From: Candidatus Binatia bacterium
Lineage (GTDB): Bacteria; Desulfobacterota; Binatia; Bin18
DNA: 64,000 bases
Assembly: GCA_963664395.2 (NCBI GenBank)
Contig: OY761159.2
Location: 3,072,001 to 3,136,000, forward strand
Direction of reading: 5' to 3'
Shown here: piece after piece, positions 1 through 10,600 of the stretch
Layout of the letters: the number at the start of each line of letters is the position of its first letter
Position numbering within the stretch: the first letter of the stretch is position 1
Translations under genes and position numbers: made by a program
Notes under the pieces: generated by a model
What the model was told of the DNA's origin: nothing
Databases searched by the model: none
Seen by the model: the letters and a program-made list of their open reading frames with translations, nothing else

Positions 1-1974
1 CGTGCAGAGCAGGTCGGTCCGGGAGAAACCGCGGTTACCTTTACGATCGAAGAACAGAAGCCAACCGGAGTTGCCCAAATACACTTTGAGGGCAATGAGA
101 CGTTTGAGGACTCCCAGCTGCAATCCATTATGGCGACGCGCAAGAAGAATTTTTTATCCCGCTTCATGAGCGTCGGGACGCTCAACCGAGAAGCGCTCAA
201 GACGGACACGGAACGGATTACCGCCTATTACTACGATAACGGCTATATCAACGTGAAAGTCGATGAGCCGAAAATCGAACGTGAAGACGACGGTATGCAT
301 GTGACGGTTCGTATTGATGAGGGAGAGCAATACACCATCGGCGAAGTACATATTGTCGGCGAGTTCCCTGGGAGTGAAGATCAGGCCCTGCGCGCGGTTG
401 CCATGGCGGAAGGCGAGGTATTTAAGGCCAGCCATCTGCGAGAAGATGTCTTTCGTTTAACCGGATATTTCAGCAACCACGGCTTTGCTTTTGTGAACGT
501 CGAGCCGGAAACCCAAGTCGAGCAAGACGACAGCGTCGTCAATATCTCCTACCGGGTCGATAAGGGTCCAGAAGTCTATATCGACCGGGTTGATATTGCC
601 GGGAATACCAAGACGCGAGACAAAGTGATCCGGCGAGAATTGCGGATTACCGAGCAGAGTAAGTTCAACGCCACTGGTATCGAGCATAGCCGCGGGCGGG
701 TGCAGCGCCTCGGATTTTTCCAGGATGTGAATATTGCCACGCGCCGGGGGGCGCGGAGCGATTTGCTCAATGTGCTGGTTGATGTCAAAGAGGCCCAAAC
801 CGGAGCCTTCAGTATTGGGGCTGGATTTAACACCGCGACAAGTCTCATTGGTTCCGCCCGTATTCAGGAAACGAATCTCTTTGGCTATGGCCACCAGTTT
901 ATTATCAGTGGCAATATGGGCAGCCGGTATCGGAACTCCACCGTCAGTTGGACCGATCCCTATTTCCTGGATACCCATCTGACCCTGGGGACGGAGGTCT
1001 TTGACTGGCGCTTTGCGTTTGAGGATTTTGACCGTGCCGGGACGGGCGGCGGGGCACGGCTCTTCTACCCTATTGACGAGTTGGGACTCAAAACCTTGTG
1101 GGGATTTCCCTTGGAGGATATATCTGTTGGCATGCAATATCAGTGGGAAAAATCCAAGGTCAGCAATTTTGAACCCATTGCTCCTGATGCGGTCCGGGCC
1201 GAAAAGGGCGCCCAAATCACAAGCAAAATTATCCCAACCATTCGGCGCAATACCCTCAACCACCCCATGGATCCGACCGCCGGGTCCTATCAACAGATCC
1301 TTTTTGGTCAGGCGGGTCTTGGGGGGGACACGACGTATAGTAAGGCGGAATTTCAAACTCAGTTTTTTTTCCCGGTCTATCGGCACCCGCGTTTTGGGCA
1401 GTTGACCTGGATGTCGAATACCTTCTTTGGGTATGGGGTGGGTGATATTAATTTCACTGACGAACCCGTTATCGGCGGGGAGGCTGAAAAAATCCTGGAG
1501 GATGACCTCCCGCTGTTTGACCGGTATTTCCCCGGTGGACTGCACTCTATCCGGGGGTTTGGCGAGCGGAGTTTGGGGCCGCGCCAACCCGTTACTGTTT
1601 TAATTAATGATAGAGAGGCGCCCAATGGGATACGCGCGGAAACGTATCATCGGCCGATTGGCGGCAGTCAACAGGTGACGTTTCAGAACGAGCTTGGTTT
1701 TCCCATTGTCAAACAACTGAATCTGAAGGGCGCGGTCTTTAGCGATATAGGTAATGCCTTTACTGCTGAACAGGGCGTTGACTTCGGAGACCTGCGTTAC
1801 TCAGTTGGGGCAGGCATCCGTTGGAAATCGCCGTTTGGACCCATCCGGATTGATCTCGCCAAGGCACTCAATGCGAAAAAAAATGAGCGCACCAGCAATA
1901 TCCACTTTTCGTTCGGTGGCTCTTCTGCCAGTGGTGGTATTGGCGGAGGACGAGGCGGGTATGGCGGGTTCTAG
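1..1974 (+). CDS. bamA: Outer membrane protein assembly factor BamA (5'-partial)
   Basis: Frame is open from base 1; POTRA-type segments (YYDNGYINVKV, GNTKTRDKVIRRE), IRGF loop motif, C-terminal WKSPFGPIRIDLA; upstream of skp-fabZ-lpxA. Confidence 0.96.
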   Translation, partial: RAEQVGPGETAVTFTIEEQKPTGVAQIHFEGNETFEDSQLQSIMATRKKNFLSRFMSVGTLNREALKTDTERITAYYYDNGYINVKVDEPKIEREDDGMHVTVRIDEGEQYTIGEVHIVGEFPGSEDQALRAVAMAEGEVFKASHLREDVFRLTGYFSNHGFAFVNVEPETQVEQDDSVVNISYRVDKGPEVYIDRVDIAGNTKTRDKVIRRELRITEQSKFNATGIEHSRGRVQRLGFFQDVNIATRRGARSDLLNVLVDVKEAQTGAFSIGAGFNTATSLIGSARIQETNLFGYGHQFIISGNMGSRYRNSTVSWTDPYFLDTHLTLGTEVFDWRFAFEDFDRAGTGGGARLFYPIDELGLKTLWGFPLEDISVGMQYQWEKSKVSNFEPIAPDAVRAEKGAQITSKIIPTIRRNTLNHPMDPTAGSYQQILFGQAGLGGDTTYSKAEFQTQFFFPVYRHPRFGQLTWMSNTFFGYGVGDINFTDEPVIGGEAEKILEDDLPLFDRYFPGGLHSIRGFGERSLGPRQPVTVLINDREAPNGIRAETYHRPIGGSQQVTFQNELGFPIVKQLNLKGAVFSDIGNAFTAEQGVDFGDLRYSVGAGIRWKSPFGPIRIDLAKALNAKKNERTSNIHFSFGGSSASGGIGGGRGGYGGF

Positions 1975-2052
1975 CCTTCCGGTGTGAACCGTGACGGGGA
2001 GTCGTGTGCCCGCCGTGTATGCCGAGAGAGGTGTGGATAAAGCGTTATAACC

Positions 2053-2607
2053 ATGGAGAGAGATATGTATTGGAAAAGAATAGTCTATGTTGCCGTGAGT
2101 GTCGGATTCCTCCTCTTCCCCCATAGCGCCGCCGCGGCTGAAGTCAGAGTTGGCTATGTGGATCTCCAGACCGCGCTCAATACATCGAGTGCTGGACAAA
2201 AAGCGAAAGATAGCTTTAAGGCTGAAGTGGGCCGGATGGAACGGAAACTCGAAGAACGCAGAAAAAAAGTTGAAAAGCTCAAGGAAGAGCTTGAGAAAAA
2301 AGCCCTCTTATTACGGGATGACGAACGGATTGCGTTGCAGCGAGACTACCGCCAGGAGTTACGCGACTTTGAACGCCTGTATAAAGATGTACAAGAAGAA
2401 CTCAAGATCAGAGACCGTGAACTGACCGCGCGCATCCTGGTTGAACTGCGCCAAATTGTCAATGATCTCGGAGAGCAAGGCAGTTATTCGGTTATTCTCG
2501 AAGGAAATAACACCGTGGTGCTGTACGGCTCAAAAAGTATTGATCTGACTGAGTCGATCATTAAAGCCTATAATAAAAAAGGCACCAAAATCTCTTTTAA
2601 GCGTTAA
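2053..2607 (+). CDS. skp: Periplasmic chaperone Skp/OmpH
   Basis: Signal peptide, VGYVDLQ motif, long coiled coil, IDLTESII tail; canonical position after bamA. Confidence 0.92.
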   Translation: MERDMYWKRIVYVAVSVGFLLFPHSAAAAEVRVGYVDLQTALNTSSAGQKAKDSFKAEVGRMERKLEERRKKVEKLKEELEKKALLLRDDERIALQRDYRQELRDFERLYKDVQEELKIRDRELTARILVELRQIVNDLGEQGSYSVILEGNNTVVLYGSKSIDLTESIIKAYNKKGTKISFKR

Positions 2608-2632
2608 GAGACGGTTTTGTGACCACCGCCGT

Positions 2633-3118
2633 ATGGATAATCCCACTGTCGCCTCTATCCTCCCGCATCGCTACCCGTTCTTACTCGTTGACCGGGTGGT
2701 GGAAATCTCAGCCGGGAAGCGTATTGTCGCGCTCAAAAACGTCACAATCAATGAGCCTTTCTTTACCGGTCACTTCCCCGATCACCCGCTTATGCCTGGC
2801 GTGTTAATCTGCGAAGCAGTTGTGCAGGCTGGCGGCATTCTGGCGCGTTCGTCCGTCGATTCGTCCGCGGAGACCGCTGTTCCTCCCCGGTTGTCCGTCC
2901 AGTCGCCGCACCGGCTGGCGATGTTGACCGGGCTGGACCGCGTCCGCTTCCGACGCCAGGTCGTCCCTGGCGATCAATTGTTGATGGAAGTCGAAATCCT
3001 GCGTCGCCGCGGCACATTCTGGAAAATGCAGGGGGTCGCTCGGGTTGAAGGGCAGATCGCGGCGGAACTCGAATTTACGGTTGTTGATGTTGACCCGGAA
3101 AGCGAGACGCAGGCGTGA
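2633..3118 (+). CDS. fabZ: 3-hydroxyacyl-ACP dehydratase FabZ
   Basis: [13 protein letters not shown] and [20 protein letters not shown] motifs. Confidence 0.97.
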   Translation: MDNPTVASILPHRYPFLLVDRVVEISAGKRIVALKNVTINEPFFTGHFPDHPLMPGVLICEAVVQAGGILARSSVDSSAETAVPPRLSVQSPHRLAMLTGLDRVRFRRQVVPGDQLLMEVEILRRRGTFWKMQGVARVEGQIAAELEFTVVDVDPESETQA

Positions 3119-3960
3119 GTACCGAGACCTCCATCCATCCTTCGGCTGTTATCGCACCCGGAGCGGAGCTTGATCATAGGGTCCGGGTCGGACCCTATGC
3201 GGTGATTGGCCCGCAGGTCCGTATCGGCCAGGATTCCAGTATTGGGCCCCATAGCGTGATTGAGGGCCGCACGACGATTGGGCGCGAGAATCGGATTTTT
3301 CAATTCTCCAGCGTTGGCGCGATCCCGCAAGATAAAAAATATCAGGGCGAAGACAGCGGTCTCACTATCGGTGACAGAAACACCATTCGTGAATTCGCAA
3401 CGTTGAATATTGGGACCACTGGGGGCGGACTGGTGACGCGGATAGGGAATGACAATCTCTTCATGGTGTACTCCCATGTGGGGCACGACTGTCAGATCGG
3501 AAACAATGTGATCTTGGCAAACTGTGCGACCCTTGCCGGCCACGTCATGCTCGAAGATTATGTTGGCGTTGGTGGGCTGGTCGCTATCCATCAGTTTACG
3601 CGGGTGGGAGAGTCGGCCTACCTCGGTGGGGGAGCGATGGTCTCTCTTGATGTTCCGCCCTACTGCATTGCCCAGGGAGACCGGGCCCGTCTGTTTGGTC
3701 TGAATCTCATAGGACTCAAACGTCGCGGGTTCAGTGAGCAACAGCTGCGCGCCCTCAAAAAAGCCTACCGGACGCTTTTCGCCGAGGGGTTGACTCTGAA
3801 AGAGGCGGCCGAACGAACACGCCGGGAACAGGCGTCATCTCTTGAGGCCGTCCATTTGGCGGAGTTCGTTGCCGCCTCACAACGGGGCCTTTGTCGTCCG
3901 CGAGGGAATGCCGGCCAAGAGAGCCAAGAGAGCCAAGAGAATGAAGATGATCTTGGCTAG
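3115..3960 (+). CDS. lpxA: UDP-N-acetylglucosamine O-acyltransferase LpxA
   Basis: Hexapeptide repeats, PQDKKY, HVGHDC, VAIHQF and [12 protein letters not shown]; GTGA overlap with fabZ. Confidence 0.97.
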   Translation: MSTETSIHPSAVIAPGAELDHRVRVGPYAVIGPQVRIGQDSSIGPHSVIEGRTTIGRENRIFQFSSVGAIPQDKKYQGEDSGLTIGDRNTIREFATLNIGTTGGGLVTRIGNDNLFMVYSHVGHDCQIGNNVILANCATLAGHVMLEDYVGVGGLVAIHQFTRVGESAYLGGGAMVSLDVPPYCIAQGDRARLFGLNLIGLKRRGFSEQQLRALKKAYRTLFAEGLTLKEAAERTRREQASSLEAVHLAEFVAASQRGLCRPRGNAGQESQESQENEDDLG

Positions 3961-3989
3961 CCGTGCCTGTATAGCGAGCGTCTGAGTCC

Positions 3990-4820
3990 ATGGTCCGTCT
4001 TGGTCTCATTGCCGGTAATGGACAGTTTCCGCTCATCTTCTGTGCGGCAGCCCGAGCAGAAGGGGTCGAGGTCATTGTTGTCGCCCACCAAGGGGAAACC
4101 CCGCCGGCTATTACTGAGCAGGTGCCCCACGTTACCTGGGTGCGCGTTGGGGAACTTGGGAAGATCCTTGCGACTTTCCACGAGGCGGGGGTGACCCAAG
4201 CCGTCATGGCTGGGGGCATCTACAAGACCGGTGCCATGACACATATACAGCCCGATGCACGGGGACTCGCTTTCATCAGTAAACTGCCTAGTCTGAAAGA
4301 TGATGTGATCCTGCGGGGGGTGGCTCAGGAACTCGAAGATGAGGGTATTACGATTGTTGAATCAACTCGCTTCTTATCATCCCTGGTGCCTCAGGAGGGG
4401 ATATTGACCCACGCTGAGCCGGATGCCCAACAGTGGCAGGATATCCGGCTCGGAGTTGCGGTGGCAAAAGAGATTGGTCGCTGGGATATCGGACAGAGCG
4501 TTGTGGTCAAGCGTGGAACGGTCCTGGCTGTTGAGGGCGTTGAAGGTACAAACGCCGCCATTCGTCGCGGTGGAGCATTGGGCGGGGAAGGCAGCATTGT
4601 GGTGAAAGTCAGCAAGCCGCAACAGGATTTGCGCTTTGACGTCCCAGCCGTTGGGCCTGATACCATCACGGTGATGCACGAGGTCCAGGCTGCCGTTTTA
4701 GCCATCGAGGCGGGGAAGACGCTCATGATAGAACGACCGGCGCTGCTGGCGCATGCCCAGGACAAGGGTATCCGGGTGGTTGCGGTTGGAGCACAAACGA
4801 CCGGAGAGGCTGCTGAATAG
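3990..4820 (+). CDS. lpxI: UDP-2,3-diacylglucosamine diphosphatase LpxI
   Basis: GLIAGNGQFP, DIGQSVVV, AVEGVEGT and KPQQDLRFDVPAVG motifs; follows lpxA. Confidence 0.93.
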   Translation: MVRLGLIAGNGQFPLIFCAAARAEGVEVIVVAHQGETPPAITEQVPHVTWVRVGELGKILATFHEAGVTQAVMAGGIYKTGAMTHIQPDARGLAFISKLPSLKDDVILRGVAQELEDEGITIVESTRFLSSLVPQEGILTHAEPDAQQWQDIRLGVAVAKEIGRWDIGQSVVVKRGTVLAVEGVEGTNAAIRRGGALGGEGSIVVKVSKPQQDLRFDVPAVGPDTITVMHEVQAAVLAIEAGKTLMIERPALLAHAQDKGIRVVAVGAQTTGEAAE

Positions 4821-4822
4821 AT

Positions 4823-7273
4823 ATGAATAAACGATGCGTCATGCTGTCCATTATTTTTTCTCTGGTGCTTGTTGCAGGGCTCACAGGCAGAGCCCGTGCT
4901 GCGATTCAGGCGGTATTAGAGAGTCCGGGCAACGGCCAGTTTGTAAGCGGTATTCGGCTCATTTCCGGCTGGGCGTTTGCGGTCTCTGATGATCCCGACA
5001 ATCCGGCTGTACTGCCCGTTACCATTCGACTCTCTATTGACGGCCGGGACTCCGGAGAGATTCCCTGTTGTGTCGATCGGGCAGATGTTCAAGGAGAGCA
5101 TGGCGAGCAGGCGCTCAAGAGCGGTTTTGGCCAAGTGTTTAACTTCGGCGAGCTCGAAGGCATCGGAGAAGGGTCGGAAGGGAGGGGAAAGGATCGGGCC
5201 CAGGGACAACATACAGTTCGCATTGAGGTAGCCGCGGAGGGCGTTGCGAGTGAAAGTGTTGAACACACCGTGACCGTTGTCCGGCCGGGTGGCTATAAAT
5301 TTCTTGAGCTTCCGAGTTTGCTCGGAGCCAGTAGTCCCGAGATCAACGAAGCTCAAGAAATCATGTTCCAGAATATCACTTTTAGAGATAAACACAGCAA
5401 CGAGACGAAGTCAGGTGAACTCTGGTTAAAATGGCAGCGCAACATCCAGCAACTGGGCGTGGTCGGCTCACGGATATTGTCGACCGGGGAGGATGAGCCG
5501 CCAGCCAGGGATAATCAAACACCAAACGAGGACGCCGAAAAAATTACCGCGGTCTTTGAAAATCCCCCAGGCCAGACTGTTTCTATCTACGTCACGGCAG
5601 GGGGTATTGGGATGGTTTCCGGTTGGGCGTTTACAGAAAACCCTGATGCAGAGATTGAGCGTGTTTCTCTGCGGATAGACGAAGCCGCGGTTGGAGAGGA
5701 AATTCCGTGTTGCTCGGACCGGCCTGATGTCAGGAAGGCTTTCCCCACAGTGGCGCCACCGAACACCGGCTTTGGCGGCCTCATCAATTTTAATCTGATT
5801 CCCAGCGGCGTGCGTACCATTGGTGTCGAAATCCGGGACACTGCGGACCCGGCTGAGACCCGGATTATCGATCACGAGGTCTCCGTGGTCCGGCTGGGAG
5901 ATGCCGAGTTTCTCGAAGATTTTAAGCTGACCGAAGAGAGCAGTGTAACAGTGACCGGCTCATTATTGACCCTTCAAGATGTCGATATCAGGGAAAAGGG
6001 CAAGTCTGAAACCATGACGGTAGACGCCGGATTTATCTGGAACGAGAGTTGCCAGTGTTTTCTGCCCTGGCCGGTGTGTGGCAACGGTGGGCGGGACGTT
6101 GGAGAGGAGTGTGATGGGGCGGCGCTTGGCGAACTGAGCTGCCAGACGCTTGGGTTTGGTGAGGGCGAACTCAGCTGTTTCAGGGACGAGGAGATCGACC
6201 ACGACTTCTGTCTGCTCGATACGAGTGACTGTGGGGAGGAAACCGGAGCCAGGGCCTATGTGACCCTGGTGAATGATGACGCCGTGGCCGTTATCAGGAC
6301 GGACACGAACGAGGTGGCTCAGACGATCCCGGTCGGTGACCGCCCGCGCGGCATAGCGATCAGTCCGGATGGCACTGAGGCGTATGTAGTGAATGCCGGA
6401 GACAATAATGTTTCCGTTATCGATACTGTCACAAAGAGTGTGGTTGCCACAATCGCGGTTGGCCGTGAGCCACAGGGGGTCGCCTTTGCGCCGGATGGGA
6501 CAACCGCGTATGTGACGAATATTAAGGATGACACTGTTTCTGTACTCAATACGGCAACGCGGACACAGACAACAACCATAGCGGTTGGCCGGAGTCCGCA
6601 GTCTATTGCCGTCACCCCGGATGGACAACAGGCGTATGTGCCGAACTTTGAAGATAACACGGTGACTGTGATTGACCTGACGACGAATACTCCACTTCCT
6701 GACCCGCTTGTGGTGGGAGAAGGGCCGCTCGGAGTTGCTGTCAAATCAGATGGGACTCGCGTCTATGTCACGAATTTCGGTGCGACGAATACCGATGACG
6801 GCGATGAAAATGGAGACACGGTTTCCATCATCGATCCAAAAACGAACACCGTCATTGATACTGACCCTGATGAAGACGGGGTGCAGCATCTACAAGTCGG
6901 CGTGCAGCCTACCGGGGTGGCAGTGATACCCGAAACGGCACTCGACCTGGTGAAACGGGAGGCGTCGGCGCAGGCTTTTGTCACCAACTTTCTTGACGCA
7001 ACAGTATCGGCCATTACCGATGAGATCGTTACAGATGAGGATCAGGGCACTTCCTCCTTTGGCGTAGCATTTAATCCGCGCTTCAATGCGGTGAATAATG
7101 AACCGTACGGTATTGCGATTACGCCAAACGGCCTGCGGGGTTATATTACGCTTTTCGGCTCCCGTAAGGACGAGGGTGAGGTCGTCCAAGTCTTTAGTAC
7201 CCTCGCCCAAGGAATCGTGGCGACGATTGAGGTCGGGAATAAGCCGTTTGCTATTGCCATCGGGCCACAATAA
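4823..7273 (+). CDS. Secreted protein: two copies of an unnamed module, a Cys-rich repeat and a YVTN (YncE-like) beta-propeller
   Basis: Signal peptide; repeated AYVTN/xxVSVID/TIAVGxxPxGxA units; CGNGGRDVGEECDG Cys-rich repeat. Confidence 0.85.
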   Translation: MNKRCVMLSIIFSLVLVAGLTGRARAAIQAVLESPGNGQFVSGIRLISGWAFAVSDDPDNPAVLPVTIRLSIDGRDSGEIPCCVDRADVQGEHGEQALKSGFGQVFNFGELEGIGEGSEGRGKDRAQGQHTVRIEVAAEGVASESVEHTVTVVRPGGYKFLELPSLLGASSPEINEAQEIMFQNITFRDKHSNETKSGELWLKWQRNIQQLGVVGSRILSTGEDEPPARDNQTPNEDAEKITAVFENPPGQTVSIYVTAGGIGMVSGWAFTENPDAEIERVSLRIDEAAVGEEIPCCSDRPDVRKAFPTVAPPNTGFGGLINFNLIPSGVRTIGVEIRDTADPAETRIIDHEVSVVRLGDAEFLEDFKLTEESSVTVTGSLLTLQDVDIREKGKSETMTVDAGFIWNESCQCFLPWPVCGNGGRDVGEECDGAALGELSCQTLGFGEGELSCFRDEEIDHDFCLLDTSDCGEETGARAYVTLVNDDAVAVIRTDTNEVAQTIPVGDRPRGIAISPDGTEAYVVNAGDNNVSVIDTVTKSVVATIAVGREPQGVAFAPDGTTAYVTNIKDDTVSVLNTATRTQTTTIAVGRSPQSIAVTPDGQQAYVPNFEDNTVTVIDLTTNTPLPDPLVVGEGPLGVAVKSDGTRVYVTNFGATNTDDGDENGDTVSIIDPKTNTVIDTDPDEDGVQHLQVGVQPTGVAVIPETALDLVKREASAQAFVTNFLDATVSAITDEIVTDEDQGTSSFGVAFNPRFNAVNNEPYGIAITPNGLRGYITLFGSRKDEGEVVQVFSTLAQGIVATIEVGNKPFAIAIGPQ

Positions 7274-7370
7274 GGACCGGCTGTGAGTTGACGCGCGCTG
7301 GAGAACATGGCACTATTTCCGCACTTCATGCACTAACGCATTGACCCAACATCCATCCGTTTGACACTGT

Positions 7371-7443
<73 letters not shown>

Positions 7444-7657
7444 CTTCCCCCCCTTCTCTTCAATAATATACCAAGTCGGACAGGGCCGTGCCGGCTTCGC
7501 ACTCCGCTTTGGAGCGAATGAGCATGCTCCGTTCGGCTGATATTTATCCGCAAGAACCGGACGACATGATGTATACGCTTCCGTCACCCTCCTTCACTCA
7601 TGACACGTTCTCGTGCAATTAGTGAGGGGTAAAAGGAGAGAGAGGGGAGACCTGACA

Positions 7658-10600
7658 GTGCATACACGCGTATTGATCAGCAACCGTGGCGAGATCGCCA
7701 TTCGCATTGCCAAATCTGCAACCGCCTTGGGCCTGGAATCGGTCGGTGTGTATCCTGCTATTGATGCGCTTTCGCTGCATACCCGCTGTATGACGGAAAG
7801 CCATGAGATCGGTACGGCAGCAGACTCCGTTGGGGCGTATTTGAACGCGGCAGCGCTCGTGCAGACTGCCAAAGCACGCGGCTGTGACTGTCTGCACCCT
7901 GGCTATGGTTTCTTGTCCGAGCATGCTCCATTTGCCGAGTTGTGTGCCGCCGAGGGGATTACTTTCATTGGTCCGCCGCCGGAGGCGCTCTCATTATTCG
8001 GAGATAAAGTCCGCGCGCGCGCGCTTGCCGAGTCGTTGGATATTCCGGTTGTCCCCGGTAGCGCTGAACCCATGGGATCAGCCCTGGAAGCAGAAAAGCT
8101 GGCGCACGATCTTGGTTACCCGGTGATGCTCAAGGCGGCGGCCGGGGGTGGGGGGCGCGGCATGCGAGTCGTCGAAAAGGCGGAGCAGATGGCCGAGGCA
8201 TTTGCGCGCTGCAGCAGCGAAGCCCAGGTCGTATTCGGTGATGGAGCCGTTTTTCTCGAAAGGCTGGTCGCGCGACCGAGACATATTGAAGTCCAAATTC
8301 TGGCCGATGCATATGGCAACGTGGTCCATCTGCACGAACGGGACTGCTCGGTGCAATTGCGACACCAGAAGGTCGTCGAGGTGGCCCCCGCTCCGGGTCT
8401 GGCCTCCACGCTGCGAGAGAAGATGCTCACCGATGCCATCACGCTTGTGAAGGCGGCCTCGTATGTGAATGCCGGCACCGTCGAGTTCCTGGTCTCGCCC
8501 GAGACGGGCGAGTATTTTTTTATTGAATGCAACCCGCGGATTCAGGTTGAGCATACGGTCACTGAACAGGTGACTGGTATTGATTTGGTCGAGGCACAGT
8601 TCCGTATCGCGGCGGGTGAAACGTTGGCCTCGCTCGGTCTTGGTGACCCGCACGCGCTGGGCGCGCCGCGAGGTTTTGCCGTACAGGCCCGTGTCGTCGC
8701 CACAAGTACGGGGAGTATTACGGCGTATAAGGAGCCCTCCGGCGTAGGCATTCGGGTGGATGCATGTGGCTATCTGGGCTATGCCCCTCCGCCGCAGTTC
8801 GACCCTTTGCTGGCAAAACTCATTTGTACGTCCGGTTCTTACGCAGCAGCGATTGAACGCACGCTGCATGCGCTTGATGAGTTCCACATTGGTGGTCTGC
8901 AAACCAACCTGCACCAACTGCGCGCCATATTATCGCATCCGGCTGTTCGGGCCGGTGATGCCAGAACGTCGTTGTTGGCAGAGGCCCCGGAGATTAACAC
9001 CGCTTCTTTCTCCGCTGCTGAAGGCAGCGCACTCGCATTGCTGGAGCAACAGGCCGCCAATATGGGCAAGGTGAGCAAAACGGGCGGCGCGGCGCTATCA
9101 TCAGGACAGTCTTCCTCCACATCTTCCTCCACACGCATGCCGGCGTTAGCGGTGGCAGAGGGTCAGGCGGCCGTGAAATGTCCTCTGGAGAGTTCCGTGG
9201 TGGAGATGCGCGTCAGCGCAGGTGACAGCGTGTCGCCTGGTGACACGCTGCTGGTCGTGAGCGCAATGAAGATGGAAACCATGGTCACGGCAAGCTGTGC
9301 CGGCATCATAGCGGCACTGCAACCACTGCAGGCCGGGGATACCGTCGCCGCAGGACAGGTTGTGGCCGTCGTGTCTCCGTCACACGCCGACATCCCTCAG
9401 GCGACAGAGGGTATACAGCCCTGGGGATCAGTGCTGGAAGAGGTTACGCTCTTACAGCACTTTGCCAAACAGAGGTTGGAGCCCGGCTCCGATGATCCGG
9501 GCGTGGTGCGCCAACGATCACGGGGCAAGCTGACGTGCCGGGAACGTATTGAGCTGTTGCTGGACGAAGGCTCCTTTCGTGAGGTCGGCAGTGTCGCGGG
9601 TTTTGCGTCATACGACGAAGCTGGGGCAATAGCGGGGTTTACACCCGCAAACAGTGTTGGCGGCTGGGGGAAAATAGACCAGCGGAGCGTCATTGTGTGT
9701 GCGGATGATTTCACGTCTCGGGGTGGCCACGCAGATGGGGCGATTGCTGCAAAAAGTGTCTATCTGGATCGTCTCGCAACGGAAATGTGTTTGCCCTCGC
9801 TACGGCTGCTGGATGGTTCGTCTGGGGGTGGCAGCGTTGCGGCGATGGTTCCGGCCCAGAAAAAAGAGGGTGAGAGTAGCGCCCAAGAAAGCTCGGGGGC
9901 AATCAAAGCCGGCCGGCCACGGGTGGCGGGTGGTGGCGGGTCGTATCTACCCGGACACCTGGGCAGCTCCATGTACGCCGAGCAGTTATCGACCATACCG
10001 GTGGTCAATCTGCTACTCGGCAGTGTCGTTGGCATTGGCGCGGCCAAGGCCGTCCTGGGTCACTTCTCGGTGATGGTGCGTGATATCGCGCAGCTCTTTG
10101 TCGCTGGACCGCCGGTTGTCTCGCATGCCATGGGGTACGATATCACCAAGGAGGAACTCGGCGGCTGGCATATTCACTGTACGAATGGCTCGGTAGACAA
10201 CCTGGCAGAATCCGAAGAAGAAGCAATGGAAATGACCAGGACATTTCTCTCCTATCTGCCCTCCAGTGTGTATGAGGTCCCGCCTGTGCGTGCGGCCAAC
10301 GCGCGCGATCCGAACGATCCAAACGACCCTGTTGACCGACGTGAAGAGGAACTCGCCACACTCATAGCCAGAAAACGCACCACGACATTTGATATTCGTA
10401 AGGCCATCAGGTTGATGGCAGACCGGGATTCTTTTTTTGAGATTGGTCTATTATGGGGGACTGACCAAGTCGCGGGATTTGTGAGATTCAATGGCTACCC
10501 CCTGGGTGTGATTGCTTCTGACAGCCAACATGCCAATGGGGGCGCGCTCACCGCAGACGGCTGCGACAAGCTGACGCGCCACCTGGATTTGTGCGATCTG

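Noticed and set aside
457-1587. Long antisense or alternative-frame ORFs (also 20923-22248, 26321-27502, 43812-44756, 49918-51138, 60799-62049)
   Set aside because: They shadow well-supported genes, carry no recognisable motifs, and are expected in GC-rich coding DNA.
3914-3940. 9-bp tandem repeat (GCCAAGAGA x3) in the lpxA tail; similar DPNDPNDP repeat near 10307-10330
   Set aside because: In-frame slippage repeats in disordered regions, with no phase-variation potential.
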